IMG/VR virus record: IMGVR_UViG_3300043464_001630
Span: 1 to 64,000 of that record
Strand: one strand, 5' to 3'
DNA length: 64,000 bases
Part shown: in pieces, positions 30,338 to 42,465 of the stretch
Layout of the letters: each line of letters starts with the position of its first letter
How positions within the stretch are numbered: the stretch's first letter is position 1
Translations under genes and position numbers: made by a program
The notes under the pieces: generated by a model
Database searches by the model: none
What the model was told of the DNA's origin: nothing
What the model saw: only the letters and a program-made list of their open reading frames with translations

Positions 30338-31085
30338 CTAAATTTTATTAGTTTTAGAACGAACAGAAATGGTCGGACGCTTCTTCTTTCTATTAGAAGA
30401 AGCGTTCTTCTTTGAAGCTTTTACTTTTTCTGTAAACTGTTCGTATTGCCAGAGAGATAGCCAAAAGAATGTTATCGACATTCCGCAATTTAAAATAATT
30501 TCGGTTTTCGCTGGCGTGTTTAATGTGAGTACGTTACTTACTGCGCCGCAAATTATTACGGATAAACCAAACTTAGCTAACCAAGCTTGTAATTTGTTAT
30601 TCCAAATAAGGTTATCAGGATCACCGAAAATATGAATTAATAGTCCAATGGCGGACATTGCGATTGTACAATTTGAAATTGCATTGATTAGTGTAAGTAA
30701 GTTTATTTGTAGCATAATTCAATTATTTACGTTTACGTGTTCTAGTAACTTTAGGTTTAATTAAAGTTTCATCACTTAGATGATCTGGTATTATCTTTCT
30801 ACTAAAATAATCAATACCTTTTAATCCAGCATAACCTAAAATAAATGCTATAGAATAGTGATAGTGATTTTCATCTAATTTTGTTATACTTATGATCACA
30901 GGCGTGATGTAATTAGCAGATGCCGCTCCGCCTACTAAAGATGTTACGGTTCTAGTGAGATTTAGTGCTCCGTCTTTACTGGTTAAAAGAATCGCCCCGA
31001 AAAGCCCAGAAATTAATAGACCGATATCAATTCCATATTGTTTCAAATTTAATGGCGTTTGCGGTTCCACATAACTATTTAGCAT
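30338..31085 (-). CDS. Two small multi-TM proteins (30723-31085 holin-like; 30338-30715)
   Basis: Three hydrophobic segments each with basic C-tails. Confidence 0.45.
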
Positions 31086-33728
31086 AATTTACATAAACAA
31101 AGAAACTTACGAAAAATTAATTATCATTATATGAATTCGATTGACATGGAAGAGTACAGCAAAAAACTCAGTCAAGTACAAAATGGGATTATTTCCGAGG
31201 ATACTTGGATGGAATATTGCGCGGAATTGATGAAGCAAGTTCTGGAAGATGCTAAAGATGTAATGGTTCGAATGAAAGAAAGAGGCGATTAATTTAAAAA
31301 ATTCCTAAAGTTCCTCTTCTAAACTGCCGATTATTACGCATGAAAACGATTTCATTTGAAATTCAACCAGATGGTGATGTTTACTACATCAGTTGTGAAG
31401 CAATGAAGTTCTCTTCTTACACAAATGATCCCAAAAAACTCATAAAAGAGTTGTTTGAAGAATGGTTTGATGCCGATATGGGAGAAGCATTTCTTCCAGT
31501 TTAAAAAATCCCTAAAGTTCTTACCAAAACTACCGATTACTAAATATGAGCACAACAAAAAACGAAACAATCTTGATCGAGTGGAACGAAACACTTTTCA
31601 GCGAAAATATCTTCGCATGGTTCGAGAGTGGCATGGTTCCTGTATTTTCCAACAACCTCGAAGATTTAATGCTGCCAGATGATTATGTGCTGGAGAAGCA
31701 CGAGAGCGGTTCTTATGAACTTTTTGCTCACGATTCTGATTGTGATGAGTATCTTTATGTTGGAAGGCTTTTTACTCCGAAAGGAAAACCACTTGAAGAA
31801 TAAAAAAATTTCTAAAGTTCTTCCCAGATCTGCCGATATATAGGTACAGTAGAGAATCCCAAACAGAAAGAAATAAAATGAAAACTACCAAAATTAAAGG
31901 TTATAAAGTTGAATTCACAATCACCGACGATTCTTCGAACTGCTTCATCGAAAAAGGCAACTTTTTCTCAAGCCTTGCGGTTCTCAGTGATTTTGGATAT
32001 CTCGAAAGTCGTAGTGGCTCACAACATAAGGTGAATCCAGATACTATCGAAGAAATCTACGAGTGGGCAGTCGAACAAGGTTATTAAAAAAATATGCTAA
32101 AGTTCCTTCCAGAACTGCCGATTACTATTTATGACAAAACATCAGGCTGAGTACAACCGAGCAGTAACGATGAAGCTCGACGCATGGGTGCCCGCGTGCG
32201 GCGGAACTGAAGAGATTTTTGTTGCAAGAAATAAGAGGATTCTGTATGTCTATAATCCGAAAACTAAGAAACACGCATTTCTTGATGTTGACTCCGACAT
32301 GATAATGACGGACGAAGAATATTTCGCTCTTATTGCAAAATAATTCTAAAGAAATCCTAAAATCTGCCGATTACTAGACATGACAACGAAACGTACCGCT
32401 AACATCAACGGAACTTCACTTGTAGGAACCATCGAAACTACCTACAACAAGCTTGTAGAAGTGTTTGGTGAGCCTTGTTTGAATGATCCACCTTCAGAAC
32501 ATGAAAAGGTCACCACTGAATGGGATCTCGAATTTCCTTGCGGAACGGTCGCCACAATCTATAACTGGAAGAATTATGGAATTGATCCAGAACCGTATGA
32601 AAACTACTACTGGCATGTTGGTGGATATAATTTCACTGCGTTTGCTTTGGTGAGTGACGCACTAAAAAACTAAAAAAGTTCTAAAGTTCTCCCCAGAACT
32701 GCCGATATATAAGTACGATAGTTAATAACAACCAACCGAAAACCAAAATGAACACGATCATCCTCAACGCAGAAACCGCCGCCAATACTTATCTTACCGT
32801 TATGATGGATTTAATTAACGGTGATATGAAGTACAATACGGTTCTAGATACAGCAGAATCGCTCGCAGAGCTTGGAAAGGATCTCCAAGATTTGCTCTCT
32901 ACGACTCCTAGTGTGGCTTTTAATGCCTTTCGTAACCAGTTCCGCTCTGGTTCTACTATGTGCTTTGTTTCGGAAGAAATCAGCAAGAATCTAGAAATTT
33001 GGAACGATAGAAACGAAGAGTTTCAGATTGCAATCTTCCGCAATGACGGTCAGCCTGTGGGATTGTACGGCAAGGACGTTCTCTCTTGGTAGTTTGTAAA
33101 CAAAAAAATTGTTATGCAAATTTTGATCACTGCTACACTTTTGTTCATATTTTGGTTGTTTTTCGGATCGCACCTATATATGATTGGTATTGTTACCGCT
33201 GGAGTTGTTTTGGGAAACACTATCTATCATAAATTGATTCATTAAAATGAAAGAAATTGAACCAGAAATCACTTATCTTATTGGATACATAGTTGATGAA
33301 GAATTCTATGCTTCACACGAAGCAAAAACAAAACAAGATGCAATAGAAACTCGTGATGTGCTAGAAAAGAATCGTAAAGACACAAAGCCAAAAGTTAGTG
33401 ACGAACCATACACAATTTTTGTCAAAAAAGTAACATACACTGAACTTATCTAATATGAAAATCGACTACAAAAACGGAAGAATCGTAAGCAAGCAAGTAG
33501 ATTTTGACGGAGAAACGGAAGATGGTAGGACATTCACAATCGACGCCAACTGGAATGATTGGGAGCAGTGGAGCGTGGACGGAATCTCTTGGGATGATGC
33601 AGAAGGCACAGAAGAGGAAGAAGAAGAAATTAAAGAAAAGTTCTTGTCAGAGATGAACTGACACTACACAATGATTGAACGCTACACTGAGTGGGTGTAG
33701 CGTTCTAGTTTGGTGTATCTTCTCTTTT

Positions 33729-34145
33729 ATGAAATGTGACAATCTCAAACTCATTCTGATCCGTGGAATCTCTGGATCGGGCAAAACTACATATGCCAAG
33801 AATCTACAAGCAGAATGCCCCGTCCTGTCGCATTACGAAGCTGATATGTTCTTCGAAAAGAACGGAGAATATAAGTTTGATCCGACGAAACTCAAAGATG
33901 CTCACAAGTGGTGCAAAGCTCAAACTGAGATTGACTTGATGTTTGGTAGATCGGTAATTGTTTCAAACACTTTCACCCAGAAATGGGAAATTGAGCCATA
34001 CATCGAACTAGGTAAAAAATACGGTGCTGAAGTGATTATCAAAAAAGCAACTGGAAACTACCAAAATGTTCACGGAGTTCCTCAGGAAGCACTAGAACGA
34101 ATGCTCTCACGTTGGGAAGAACTCGAAGGCGAAGAGAATATTTAG
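33729..34145 (+). CDS. AAA_33/P-loop kinase
   Basis: RGISGSGKT, EADMFF, AHKWC, VSNT, NVHGVP. Confidence 0.85.
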   Translation: MKCDNLKLILIRGISGSGKTTYAKNLQAECPVLSHYEADMFFEKNGEYKFDPTKLKDAHKWCKAQTEIDLMFGRSVIVSNTFTQKWEIEPYIELGKKYGAEVIIKKATGNYQNVHGVPQEALERMLSRWEELEGEENI

Positions 34146-34447
34146 AAAGTTCTAAAGTTCTGCTGGAATTAGCCGATATATAAGGTACACCTCAGTAACC
34201 AGAAAACATATTATGAGCGGATACTACGACGACAACTTCGGACGGTGGGAGGACATGAACGATCCAGAAATGGTAGACTTCTATCACCAAGTTCAGAAAG
34301 AATCTGAATGGAAAACTTGCAAACAGTGCGAAGAACGTGTATTCTTGCGGCGGAATTATGTCATTTGTAATTCTTGTGCCGATCAAAACGAAAGGTTCTA
34401 AATAGAATTAATTAATTATGTTTAGATGTGTTTAAATAAATATCCTC

Positions 34448-34819
34448 ATGAACGACGAACAATTGATTTGGGAGGCATATGAAAACAATAATCAGTTTTT
34501 ATATCATGCCACATACAAGCCACATTTGAAGAAGATAATGCAGTATGGCTTGGGAGGATCGCCAAAGATTAGAAAGAATTGGGAGGATTCTAAACAAGGC
34601 GTGGTGTATTTAGCTTATGATGCAAATGTAGCAGAATCTTATGCTGAAAGTTCTGATGATGTACCAGAATCCTATTTAGATAATATCATCATATTAAGAA
34701 TTGATACTTCTAAACTAGATAGAAATAATCTAAAGAGAGATCAGAATGTAATTGACGGAGAAGATACATTAGAGTATCACGGGATTATACCACCGGACGC
34801 AATAGAAAGAATTAAATAA
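34448..34819 (+). CDS. MND-leader Tpt1/ART-like protein
   Basis: MNDEQLIWEAY; LYHAT...IMQYGL, VYLA, IIPP. Confidence 0.6.
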   Translation: MNDEQLIWEAYENNNQFLYHATYKPHLKKIMQYGLGGSPKIRKNWEDSKQGVVYLAYDANVAESYAESSDDVPESYLDNIIILRIDTSKLDRNNLKRDQNVIDGEDTLEYHGIIPPDAIERIK

Positions 34820-35243
34820 TCCCGAAAGTATTAAAACTAATTATTAAGTTATGGCAAATGAAGTCGTTCTCAAACCGAATTCAAATAATGGAGTATCACA
34901 AATAAGTCAGAATATTCCAGCATCACCAGTAGCATCACCAGCACCAACAGCACCTCCTCCTGCTACGCCGCCGAATCCTCCCAAGTCCACGAAATTTCCG
35001 AATAAGATACCAAAAACGGCATGTGCTACTCCTTATCCTTCTCTTATTCGAGAATTGGTATTTACTTATTTACAGCGGGAATATTCCAGCACGGCTCAAA
35101 TGGCTAGGATCATGCATCATGCCAAGAAAAAAGGATTGATTAAAAATCCAAAAGAGTTTAGAAAATGGATGTTAAAAGAAATCTGTAAATCTATTAATGC
35201 TATTGATAAATGGATACAAATGTAGTGAATTGGCGAGAAATAT

Positions 35244-36633
35244 ATGAAATGTAAAATATCTACAAATATTGTTAGAGAAAGATTGATGCCTTGGTACAAG
35301 CAACAAGTAGATGCGTGTAATATGACATGGGAGGCACTAGAACCTCTTACTAATAAATTAGGATTGAGTTATATTAATTGTGTGATAGTGGACGGAAAAT
35401 ATAATGATGAATATTTTTTGTTTAGAATTATAGACAAAGAACTATTCTTTCTTGCGGCAATTAGCCATGGCATTGCATTCGTGGAGGCATGACAAAAAAA
35501 TTTCATGTAGATAGAAAAAGTTCTAAAGAACCCGCAGGTTTTGTCCGATTATAGTATACGCCAGTTAAAAATTGATAAAGAATTGCACAAAAAAATCAAG
35601 TGTAATCATGACAACTACAAAAACTACTTACAAAGTAAAGAACCTTGTTGATGGTTGGACTTCCCTGCCTCATACTACTCTGGAAGAAGCTCAGACTGAT
35701 CTTGTGCGTTTGCGGGATCGTGTTGGCATGATGGAATGGAAGACCAGACCACCACACAATTATGTAGTGGTGATGGAAGTTGTCACAACCAAACAAACCA
35801 TAATCGAGTAGGTCTGAGTGACAAGTGATTGAATAGATGTATAAAAACATGTTTATTAGAATTACTGATTGGGGTAATGGTTCTCATTCGCTCTTTAGTT
35901 CTCAACTTGGTTTAAGAATGATCGAGCCTATTTGTTTAGATAATGCTCATAATTATATTATAATAAATAAACCTCTATTCATGCTATCAGTGATCAAATA
36001 TGGTATAAGGTTTGATGAAGTATGAGAATATTGATTGATTCTACACATTACTATGCTAGAGCAGGATCATGTTATGGTGTACAGTACGATGATAAAACAG
36101 GCGCATTTTACCATGTTACGAATGGACCAATTTTAGAAGAAAACACTGACATTCCCAGTACACTTGGATTAAAGCATCTCGAAACAGATGCAAGGCTTAA
36201 TTATATATTTGAAGTAATTAATAAAAAGCTATTCTTTCTATCTGTGTTTAAATATGGTTTAGAGTTCGAATTAATAAATGAAGAAAGAGATGATTGTTGA
36301 TATACGAAAATGGGGTTCAGCAGAACTGCTCGATATTCCCTCATGGGAGTTTGGGCTTGTCGTCCCTAAGTTTAAAACATCAGTTTATGTATGGGAAGTA
36401 TTTGATAAAAAGTTATTCTTTTTAATGGTAATCAAATATGGTATACAATTCGAGGAAGTATGAAGATACACATAACCGATTTCGGAGATTGTCTTTTATG
36501 GATTATTGATGCGGAAGAAATTGGATTGAATTCGCCTCCATATATAGATGCAAAGTTTGAGGTAATAGATGAGAAAAAGTTCTTCCTATCAGTAATCAAA
36601 TATGGTATAAAATACGAGGAAGCATTAAATTAA
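35244..36633 (+). CDS. Cluster of KYG-family proteins: 35244-35492, 35837-36025, 36022-36300, 36278-36463, 36460-36633 (last not in ORF track)
   Basis: All end (I/V)x(D/N)xxxF(F/M)Lxx(I/F)(K/S)(Y/H)G(I/L)x(F/Y); 36460 translates MKIHITD...EVIDEKKFFLSVIKYGIKYEEALN. Confidence 0.65.
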
Positions 36634-36636
36634 AAA

Positions 36637-36766
36637 CTTCCCAGAGAGAGTGGGCGAAACTACCCTGTAATGTAGTGATTACACATTACTTGTTTACGCG
36701 AGTCCTGCTTGGGGTAGTGCTGTTGGGGCTCCTCACTAAGGAGTGAACCACTCTCTCTCTGGGAAG
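36637..36766. ncRNA. Multi-stem structured intergenic element
   Basis: 17-bp outer stem CTTCCCAGAGAGAGTGG/CCACTCTCTCTCTGGGAAG enclosing ACTACCC/GGGTAGT, GTAATGT/ACATTAC, CTCCT/AGGAG. Confidence 0.55.
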
Positions 36767-37977
36767 GTTTTAAAATTCTCTATATAAAGAGAAAAAAAAT
36801 TACACAATCAACAACAATTAAGTAATATTAAAAAATATGAGTAACAAAATATATGTAGAAATCGGTCAAGATTCCAAAGAACTATACTTGATGTATAAAA
36901 ATTTCTGCGAATCCAATCAAATTAAAATCAAGACTCAAAAACATTTCGATTCTGAAGACGAAGAAATGGAAAAGAAATTCTGCGAGAAATTTGGAAGTAC
37001 TGAAGAAGCAGACGAGAAGATGTTTGAAATGCACGGGGTGAAATATGGAACATCATATAATCATCCTCTCGATGAATATAGATGGATCACTGCATTTGAA
37101 GTAGTGAACAAGGAAGCCTTTGAAAAGACTCCTTGTTATGAATACTTGAAGAAGAAACAATATGATGGCGATGATGTCTATATTACGGAGAAAAGAGTAC
37201 AGAACAGAAAGCACTCTTTCAAACAACGAGTAGATGCTTTTTTCGGAGATGACTAAAGAATGAATAAATGCTCCATGTAAGGAGAAAAAGATGTTGACAG
37301 CACAAAGCCAGTGTCCTATCATAAACACATGAAAACAAAAAAGCGTTACGTTGATTCGGGAAGAATATTCGAATACAAATCAAAGTATATGAATGATGAT
37401 CCTAATCATATTCTGTCTGTATTCAAAAACTTCCTTGAAGAAATGAAGGAATTTAAAAAGATTAAGAACCTTGTTTATGGTATAAAGTATCAATCAAACT
37501 ATACTCGCGTATTAGAATCTGATGAGGTATACGAAAAAAGAGTAGCCGAATATAAAGAAGAATTGGCTAAAAAGCGGATTGTTCTAGAAGAACAGGCAAA
37601 AGAAATGGGCTTGAAGCTCAAGCCAGTAAAGGATGTTGTTCCTAGAAGAGAATATGTTGTGGTGCGCTATCCAGATCTGCCAAGTGATGTTCCTTTCAAG
37701 ACATTCTGCGAAAACATAATCAATCATTTAGAAAAGCACTGGGACATTGATACAGAAGAACATTATCTTACGATGAACTTCTTTATTGAATTCAACGGTC
37801 AGAGACTAGAAAATGATTATGAATTCAACAGACGGGTGTATCACGAACGACTCGAAAATACCAAGCTCAAGCGCACAGAAAAGGAAAACAAGCTCAGAGA
37901 ACTCAAATCTCTGGCAAGACAGATGGGCGTGGAATTGGTTAAGGCATAAACAAAAATGTTCGATGTAGGGAGAAAAG

Positions 37978-38250
37978 ATGAACATTGCATTGTATAAACT
38001 AGGAGATTATATGTGGTCTTCTCCTCGTCTTTCTGAAGATTTGGGAGTAATCATGGAACACATCGTACCAGAAGATACACGATCTCCTTGTTATTCTCGT
38101 GTTTGTGATAAACAAAAATTCTTTCTTGCCGTGGTAAAGTATGGAATAGTCTTTAAAGAGTTATCTGATGATGATATGGAAAGAATGAAAGCGGATTATC
38201 TACAAGAATCTGCGAGAAGGCGTAATTTCTTTTATGCTTCGTGGATATAA
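37978..38250 (+). CDS. KYG-family small protein
   Basis: RVCDKQKFFLAVVKYGIVF. Confidence 0.6.
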   Translation: MNIALYKLGDYMWSSPRLSEDLGVIMEHIVPEDTRSPCYSRVCDKQKFFLAVVKYGIVFKELSDDDMERMKADYLQESARRRNFFYASWI

Positions 38251-38290
38251 AAGCTAGATGTAGATATCGGAAGATGATTAAATAAGTATC

Positions 38291-38725
38291 ATGAATGACG
38301 AAGAACTGATATGGGAAGCTTATAAAGCACAGGAAGATATAGAACTAGGTATTGATGACCTTGTGCTTCGTAAACGTAAGCTCAGAGGAGAAGGAATCAG
38401 TTACGTCATTTACGATAAAAAACAAACACCTACGAAGATGCTAGGACATCTCAGTGGCTTTGAGGATAAGTTTGGTAAGCACGATGGAATGTTCCATCTA
38501 TACAAGACTGAACTGACCGAAGCGACTCGTAATGATCCACAGTACCAGAACCGTGGAATATACAGAATTGCTGTACAAAAGGTAGCTAACCTTTATCCGA
38601 ATGGATTATATGTGAGTCAATTCGAAGCATCGCCACAATTAAGGAATTCATTAAAACGAATGAGTACATATGAGTTCTTAAATGATGATCGTTATATAGA
38701 TGTGTTACATATCAAGCCAGAATAA
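38291..38725 (+). CDS. MND-leader GNAT-like protein
   Basis: MNDEELIWEAY; PQYQNRGIY motif A-like. Confidence 0.5.
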   Translation: MNDEELIWEAYKAQEDIELGIDDLVLRKRKLRGEGISYVIYDKKQTPTKMLGHLSGFEDKFGKHDGMFHLYKTELTEATRNDPQYQNRGIYRIAVQKVANLYPNGLYVSQFEASPQLRNSLKRMSTYEFLNDDRYIDVLHIKPE

Positions 38726-38734
38726 ATAATCGTT

Positions 38735-39301
38735 ATGAACGACGAAGAATTGATATGGGATAATTATTACAAATCTATTTTAACCGAGGGATTTGATAGC
38801 GATAACATAAAAGTTTTGGATAGATTTTTAAGAACTTATTATTCCGAAAGCCGCGTTGTTCTCACAGGAGAAGAAGAAATAATAAATTTTAATATAAAAC
38901 AAGTCGAAAGACATCCAAACTTTAATCCAAAGCCACAAGGATTATGGTACAGCAAAGGAAACGAATGGGCTGATTTTCTAAAATACGATCCAGCTAATTG
39001 GGCAGACACATATAACAATGTATTTCTTTTAGATATTGATCTCAAGAAGATACTAAAAATAGATTCTTATGAAAAGCTTCTTTCGTTTAGCAGGAAGTAT
39101 TCAGACGGCAAGGAATATGTCGATTGGGAAGCAGTTGAGAATTTAGGATATCATGGAGTAGAAATTATACCGTACCAAGGAGAAGCCAGACATAACATAC
39201 CTTGGTATTACAGATGGGATGTTGCTTCTGGTTGCATATGGAATACCGATTGTATTTTAAAATCTACGAAGGTTTATCCAAGAACAAAGAACAAAAGGTA
39301 A
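38735..39301 (+). CDS. MND-leader hypothetical protein (possible ART-like)
   Basis: MNDEELIWDNYYKSILTE; KPQGLWYS...GYHGVEI...WDVASGCIWN. Confidence 0.5.
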   Translation: MNDEELIWDNYYKSILTEGFDSDNIKVLDRFLRTYYSESRVVLTGEEEIINFNIKQVERHPNFNPKPQGLWYSKGNEWADFLKYDPANWADTYNNVFLLDIDLKKILKIDSYEKLLSFSRKYSDGKEYVDWEAVENLGYHGVEIIPYQGEARHNIPWYYRWDVASGCIWNTDCILKSTKVYPRTKNKR

Positions 39302-39509
39302 TTGATATATAATAGAGGATCTACTATTATACTTAAATACGATTAATAACTACTAATAGACAATCCTCTATTAATAAACTAGCTACAATAAGTCTGATTC
39401 TTGTATAATCACTCTTAATAAATACAGAAAACCGCTCCACTTTTAGACAAAAAGTCCGGACTAGAGACAACGGATTGTCTAGTATCGTGATAAGTATTAA
39501 ATAGTAATC

Positions 39510-39971
39510 ATGAATGACGAAGAATTGATTTGGGAGGCATACAATAATATTGGAATCCATATTAAGGACAAGGTTAAGGGTAAGGTGTATGACTTCACTG
39601 GAAAGATTCTCAGGGGGGAGAAGACCATAGAAACTCGTCCAGCCCCAACCCTGAGTCCGTATATCGGTCAACGAGTGGGAATCATCAGCACTGGCACCAG
39701 CAAGGGCACACCCGCGAAATCTTACCTTGTGGGGTCTGCGATCATTGGCGAACCAATAGTCTACCACAACGAGGAAGAGTTCGACAGGGACTACGACAAG
39801 CACCTAGTGGGCAAGGATGATAAAGATTTCTATATTAAGACAGGGAAGGTAAAGTACGGCTATCCTATGCTCGATGTCAGACGCATGGAACCCGTGGAAC
39901 TGACAGCACCTACTGACCGGAAAGCGGCAGGCTTTAGCATAATTAGAAGACGAATAGATTACGAATTGTAA
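39510..39971 (+). CDS. MND-leader ASCH/PUA domain protein
   Basis: MNDEELIWEAY; ILRGEKTIETR. Confidence 0.7.
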   Translation: MNDEELIWEAYNNIGIHIKDKVKGKVYDFTGKILRGEKTIETRPAPTLSPYIGQRVGIISTGTSKGTPAKSYLVGSAIIGEPIVYHNEEEFDRDYDKHLVGKDDKDFYIKTGKVKYGYPMLDVRRMEPVELTAPTDRKAAGFSIIRRRIDYEL

Positions 39972-40124
39972 ATCTCTAAATGATTATTAGTTTATTATGT
40001 GCTGAGTGGTCGTATCCAAATCCTAAACCTTATGTTTTAGGCATTAAATACAGAAACGATATCGAAAGAAATTATGCACCGTATGGAGAATGTTAATTGT
40101 ATAAGGCATACGGTTTAAAATGCT

Positions 40125-40319
40125 ATGAATATAGTCTTATGGAAAGCTGAATGGAAAAGCCCGCATGTTACAAGTTTGGAAATAGGAATTAGATATAATT
40201 CTGAAATTACTAAAAGATTTAAATTAAAAAATGTCTCGATTTATGAAATAATTGATGAGCAACTATTCATGTTAGCAGTCATCAAGCACAATATAGACTT
40301 TGAGAAGGTAGAGTTATAG
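40125..40319 (+). CDS. KYG-family small protein
   Basis: EIIDEQLFMLAVIKHNIDF. Confidence 0.6.
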   Translation: MNIVLWKAEWKSPHVTSLEIGIRYNSEITKRFKLKNVSIYEIIDEQLFMLAVIKHNIDFEKVEL

Positions 40320-40667
40320 ATGTAGGGAGAAAGATGTAGTAATAAAGAATACTATTAACTTTTATGTCCTAGACACATGCCTGTTATCTGTTATCTGATT
40401 AATAACAGAAGATCTAAAGAGGAATAAACTAATAGAAGATCCTCTATTACTTAAATATCTACTAATATCTACTAATAAACAATCCTCTATTAATTATTAG
40501 TATCCATCTATTGTGTTATTCCTTTAAACTAACACATAATACTAGATAATAGTATTAAAAACTACGAATAATTAGGGATAGCGCCCCACTTTGCCCCACT
40601 TTGAGACAAAAAGGCTGGACTAGAGACAACGAACTGTCTAGTATCGGCGTAAGTATTAAATAATCGT

Positions 40668-41090
40668 ATGAACGACGAGCGGTTGATATGGGAAGCCTAC
40701 AAAAGTAGAGAGGTAGAAACTATGGAATTTCCTATGTTATCTAAACCTAATGGAGTGTCGTATCGAGGCAAACCAGATTGGAAAAAATTTAAAGTAAATG
40801 GCTATTACAGGGATGGTGATGTATTAAGATACATATATTCACAACACAAAGAATTCGAAGACGACCACCGAGTAAAAAGAATTTATAAATTAATATCAAT
40901 AGATCCAAATAAATTAGAACCCAGCGAATGGGAAATAGATGATTATAAAGTAGAAGATTTGTCTAAGTCTAATGAACCATATCCTCCAATCGTAATCAAT
41001 AAAAACAAATCTATCGTAGATGGCGGACACAGATTAGAAGCAGCAAAAGTTAGAGGAGATAAAGAAATTCTAGTATTCTTACAACAATAA
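40668..41090 (+). CDS. MND-leader ParB/Srx domain protein
   Basis: MNDERLIWEAY; YPPIVI...IVDGGHRLEAA. Confidence 0.7.
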   Translation: MNDERLIWEAYKSREVETMEFPMLSKPNGVSYRGKPDWKKFKVNGYYRDGDVLRYIYSQHKEFEDDHRVKRIYKLISIDPNKLEPSEWEIDDYKVEDLSKSNEPYPPIVINKNKSIVDGGHRLEAAKVRGDKEILVFLQQ

Positions 41091-42163
41091 GAATTCGGTA
41101 GTGTATAAACTAATAGAGGATTCTTTATTATTTAAATAACAAGAAATATCTACTAATAAACTATACCTAAAATAATAGACAATCCTCTATTAGTACTAAA
41201 CAGACTAATGATATACTTATCAACTAGGCAAAATTTGCCTAGTAAGATACAAAAATAGTCGTTATTATTCATTTTTTTGTAGTAAACCAGAAAAAAATTC
41301 CTGTTTTTGTTACGAATGTTTGTATATTGTATACAATACATAACGAAATAACATCGTGAAGGTACACGGTGTTTACTCTGTTGGAGGGATAAATATCGAG
41401 TCTTTTTATTTACAAACGATAAAAACTTGTAAAAAGAATAAAAGTGTCGACACTCTATAAAGTTGAACTCGTCCAAAATTATTTTTTATCAAAAGTCAAG
41501 TAAATTTTTAAAGTCCTCCTTCTAGGCGATTTTAGGTTGTGTACAGAGAGAACAGATATTTCTTTACTATTTTACTAGAAGATCCTCTATTCCTTTGATC
41601 CCAAAAAACGACAGATCCTTATATGTCAATAAAAAAATGCTAGCTCTAGCATCAAAAAGATGTTTTACAGAGAGAACAGAAAGTCAACACAAAAATTTCC
41701 CCAATAAAAAAACTAAAGAATCCTCTACAACTCACCGATATATTCTTATGACCGAAACATTATTTGAACTTTGGGTAGAGCGGCAGATCGACAGAATCGA
41801 CCGTGAATACATGAACGACCAGTTATCAGAAGAAGAGTACACTAATAAAATGAAAGAATTGAATAAGATGGAAGAAGAGTTCATCAATAATCTCGTACTA
41901 GAAAAATGCACTCTCTAGTAACAAAAACATGTACGCTTGTTATATTCATTTGTATATTAGAACGGTTACTATAAACTCGTGAATATAATAAACTCGTGAC
42001 TCTATGAGAAAAGTTTCGTTCTCGGGCAGAAGTCTCGCTCCCCCACACAAACGCTACGCTTCCACTCCAGAGTCCAGCACCAAATAGTAGTTGACACCTT
42101 CTATCTACAGTATATTATACAGTAGTAATAAAAGATCCTCTATAACTCACAGAATTAACAAAT

Positions 42164-42430
42164 ATGAATAACCTTATTGATCCTCTCAAAATTATCAAAT
42201 CCACGAATGGCAAGTTCTTCAGTATCTCTTATACTAATAAGAAGGGAGAGACGAAAGATTACATTTGTCGTATAGGCGTAAAGAAGCACCTGCGTGGAGG
42301 CGAAAAGTACTTTGTGCCCGATAGTGTTACTGTTTATTCTGTTACTAATAGTAATAAAGGATACAAGACATTTGTAAGAGAACAAATAAACAGTATTAAA
42401 GTGGGTACTACCCTGTGGAGTGGAGTGTAA
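42164..42430 (+). CDS. Small SH3/WYL-like phage protein
   Basis: GKFFSISYTNKKGE...RIGVKKHLRGG. Confidence 0.45.
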   Translation: MNNLIDPLKIIKSTNGKFFSISYTNKKGETKDYICRIGVKKHLRGGEKYFVPDSVTVYSVTNSNKGYKTFVREQINSIKVGTTLWSGV

Positions 42431-42465
42431 AGGTAATTTGTCAGGGTCACCTCTCTTCTCTCCTT

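Noticed and set aside
36651-36750. Hammerhead ribozyme or c-di-GMP riboswitch
   Set aside because: GAAA-stem is present but there is no CUGANGA/NUH, and no GEMM core
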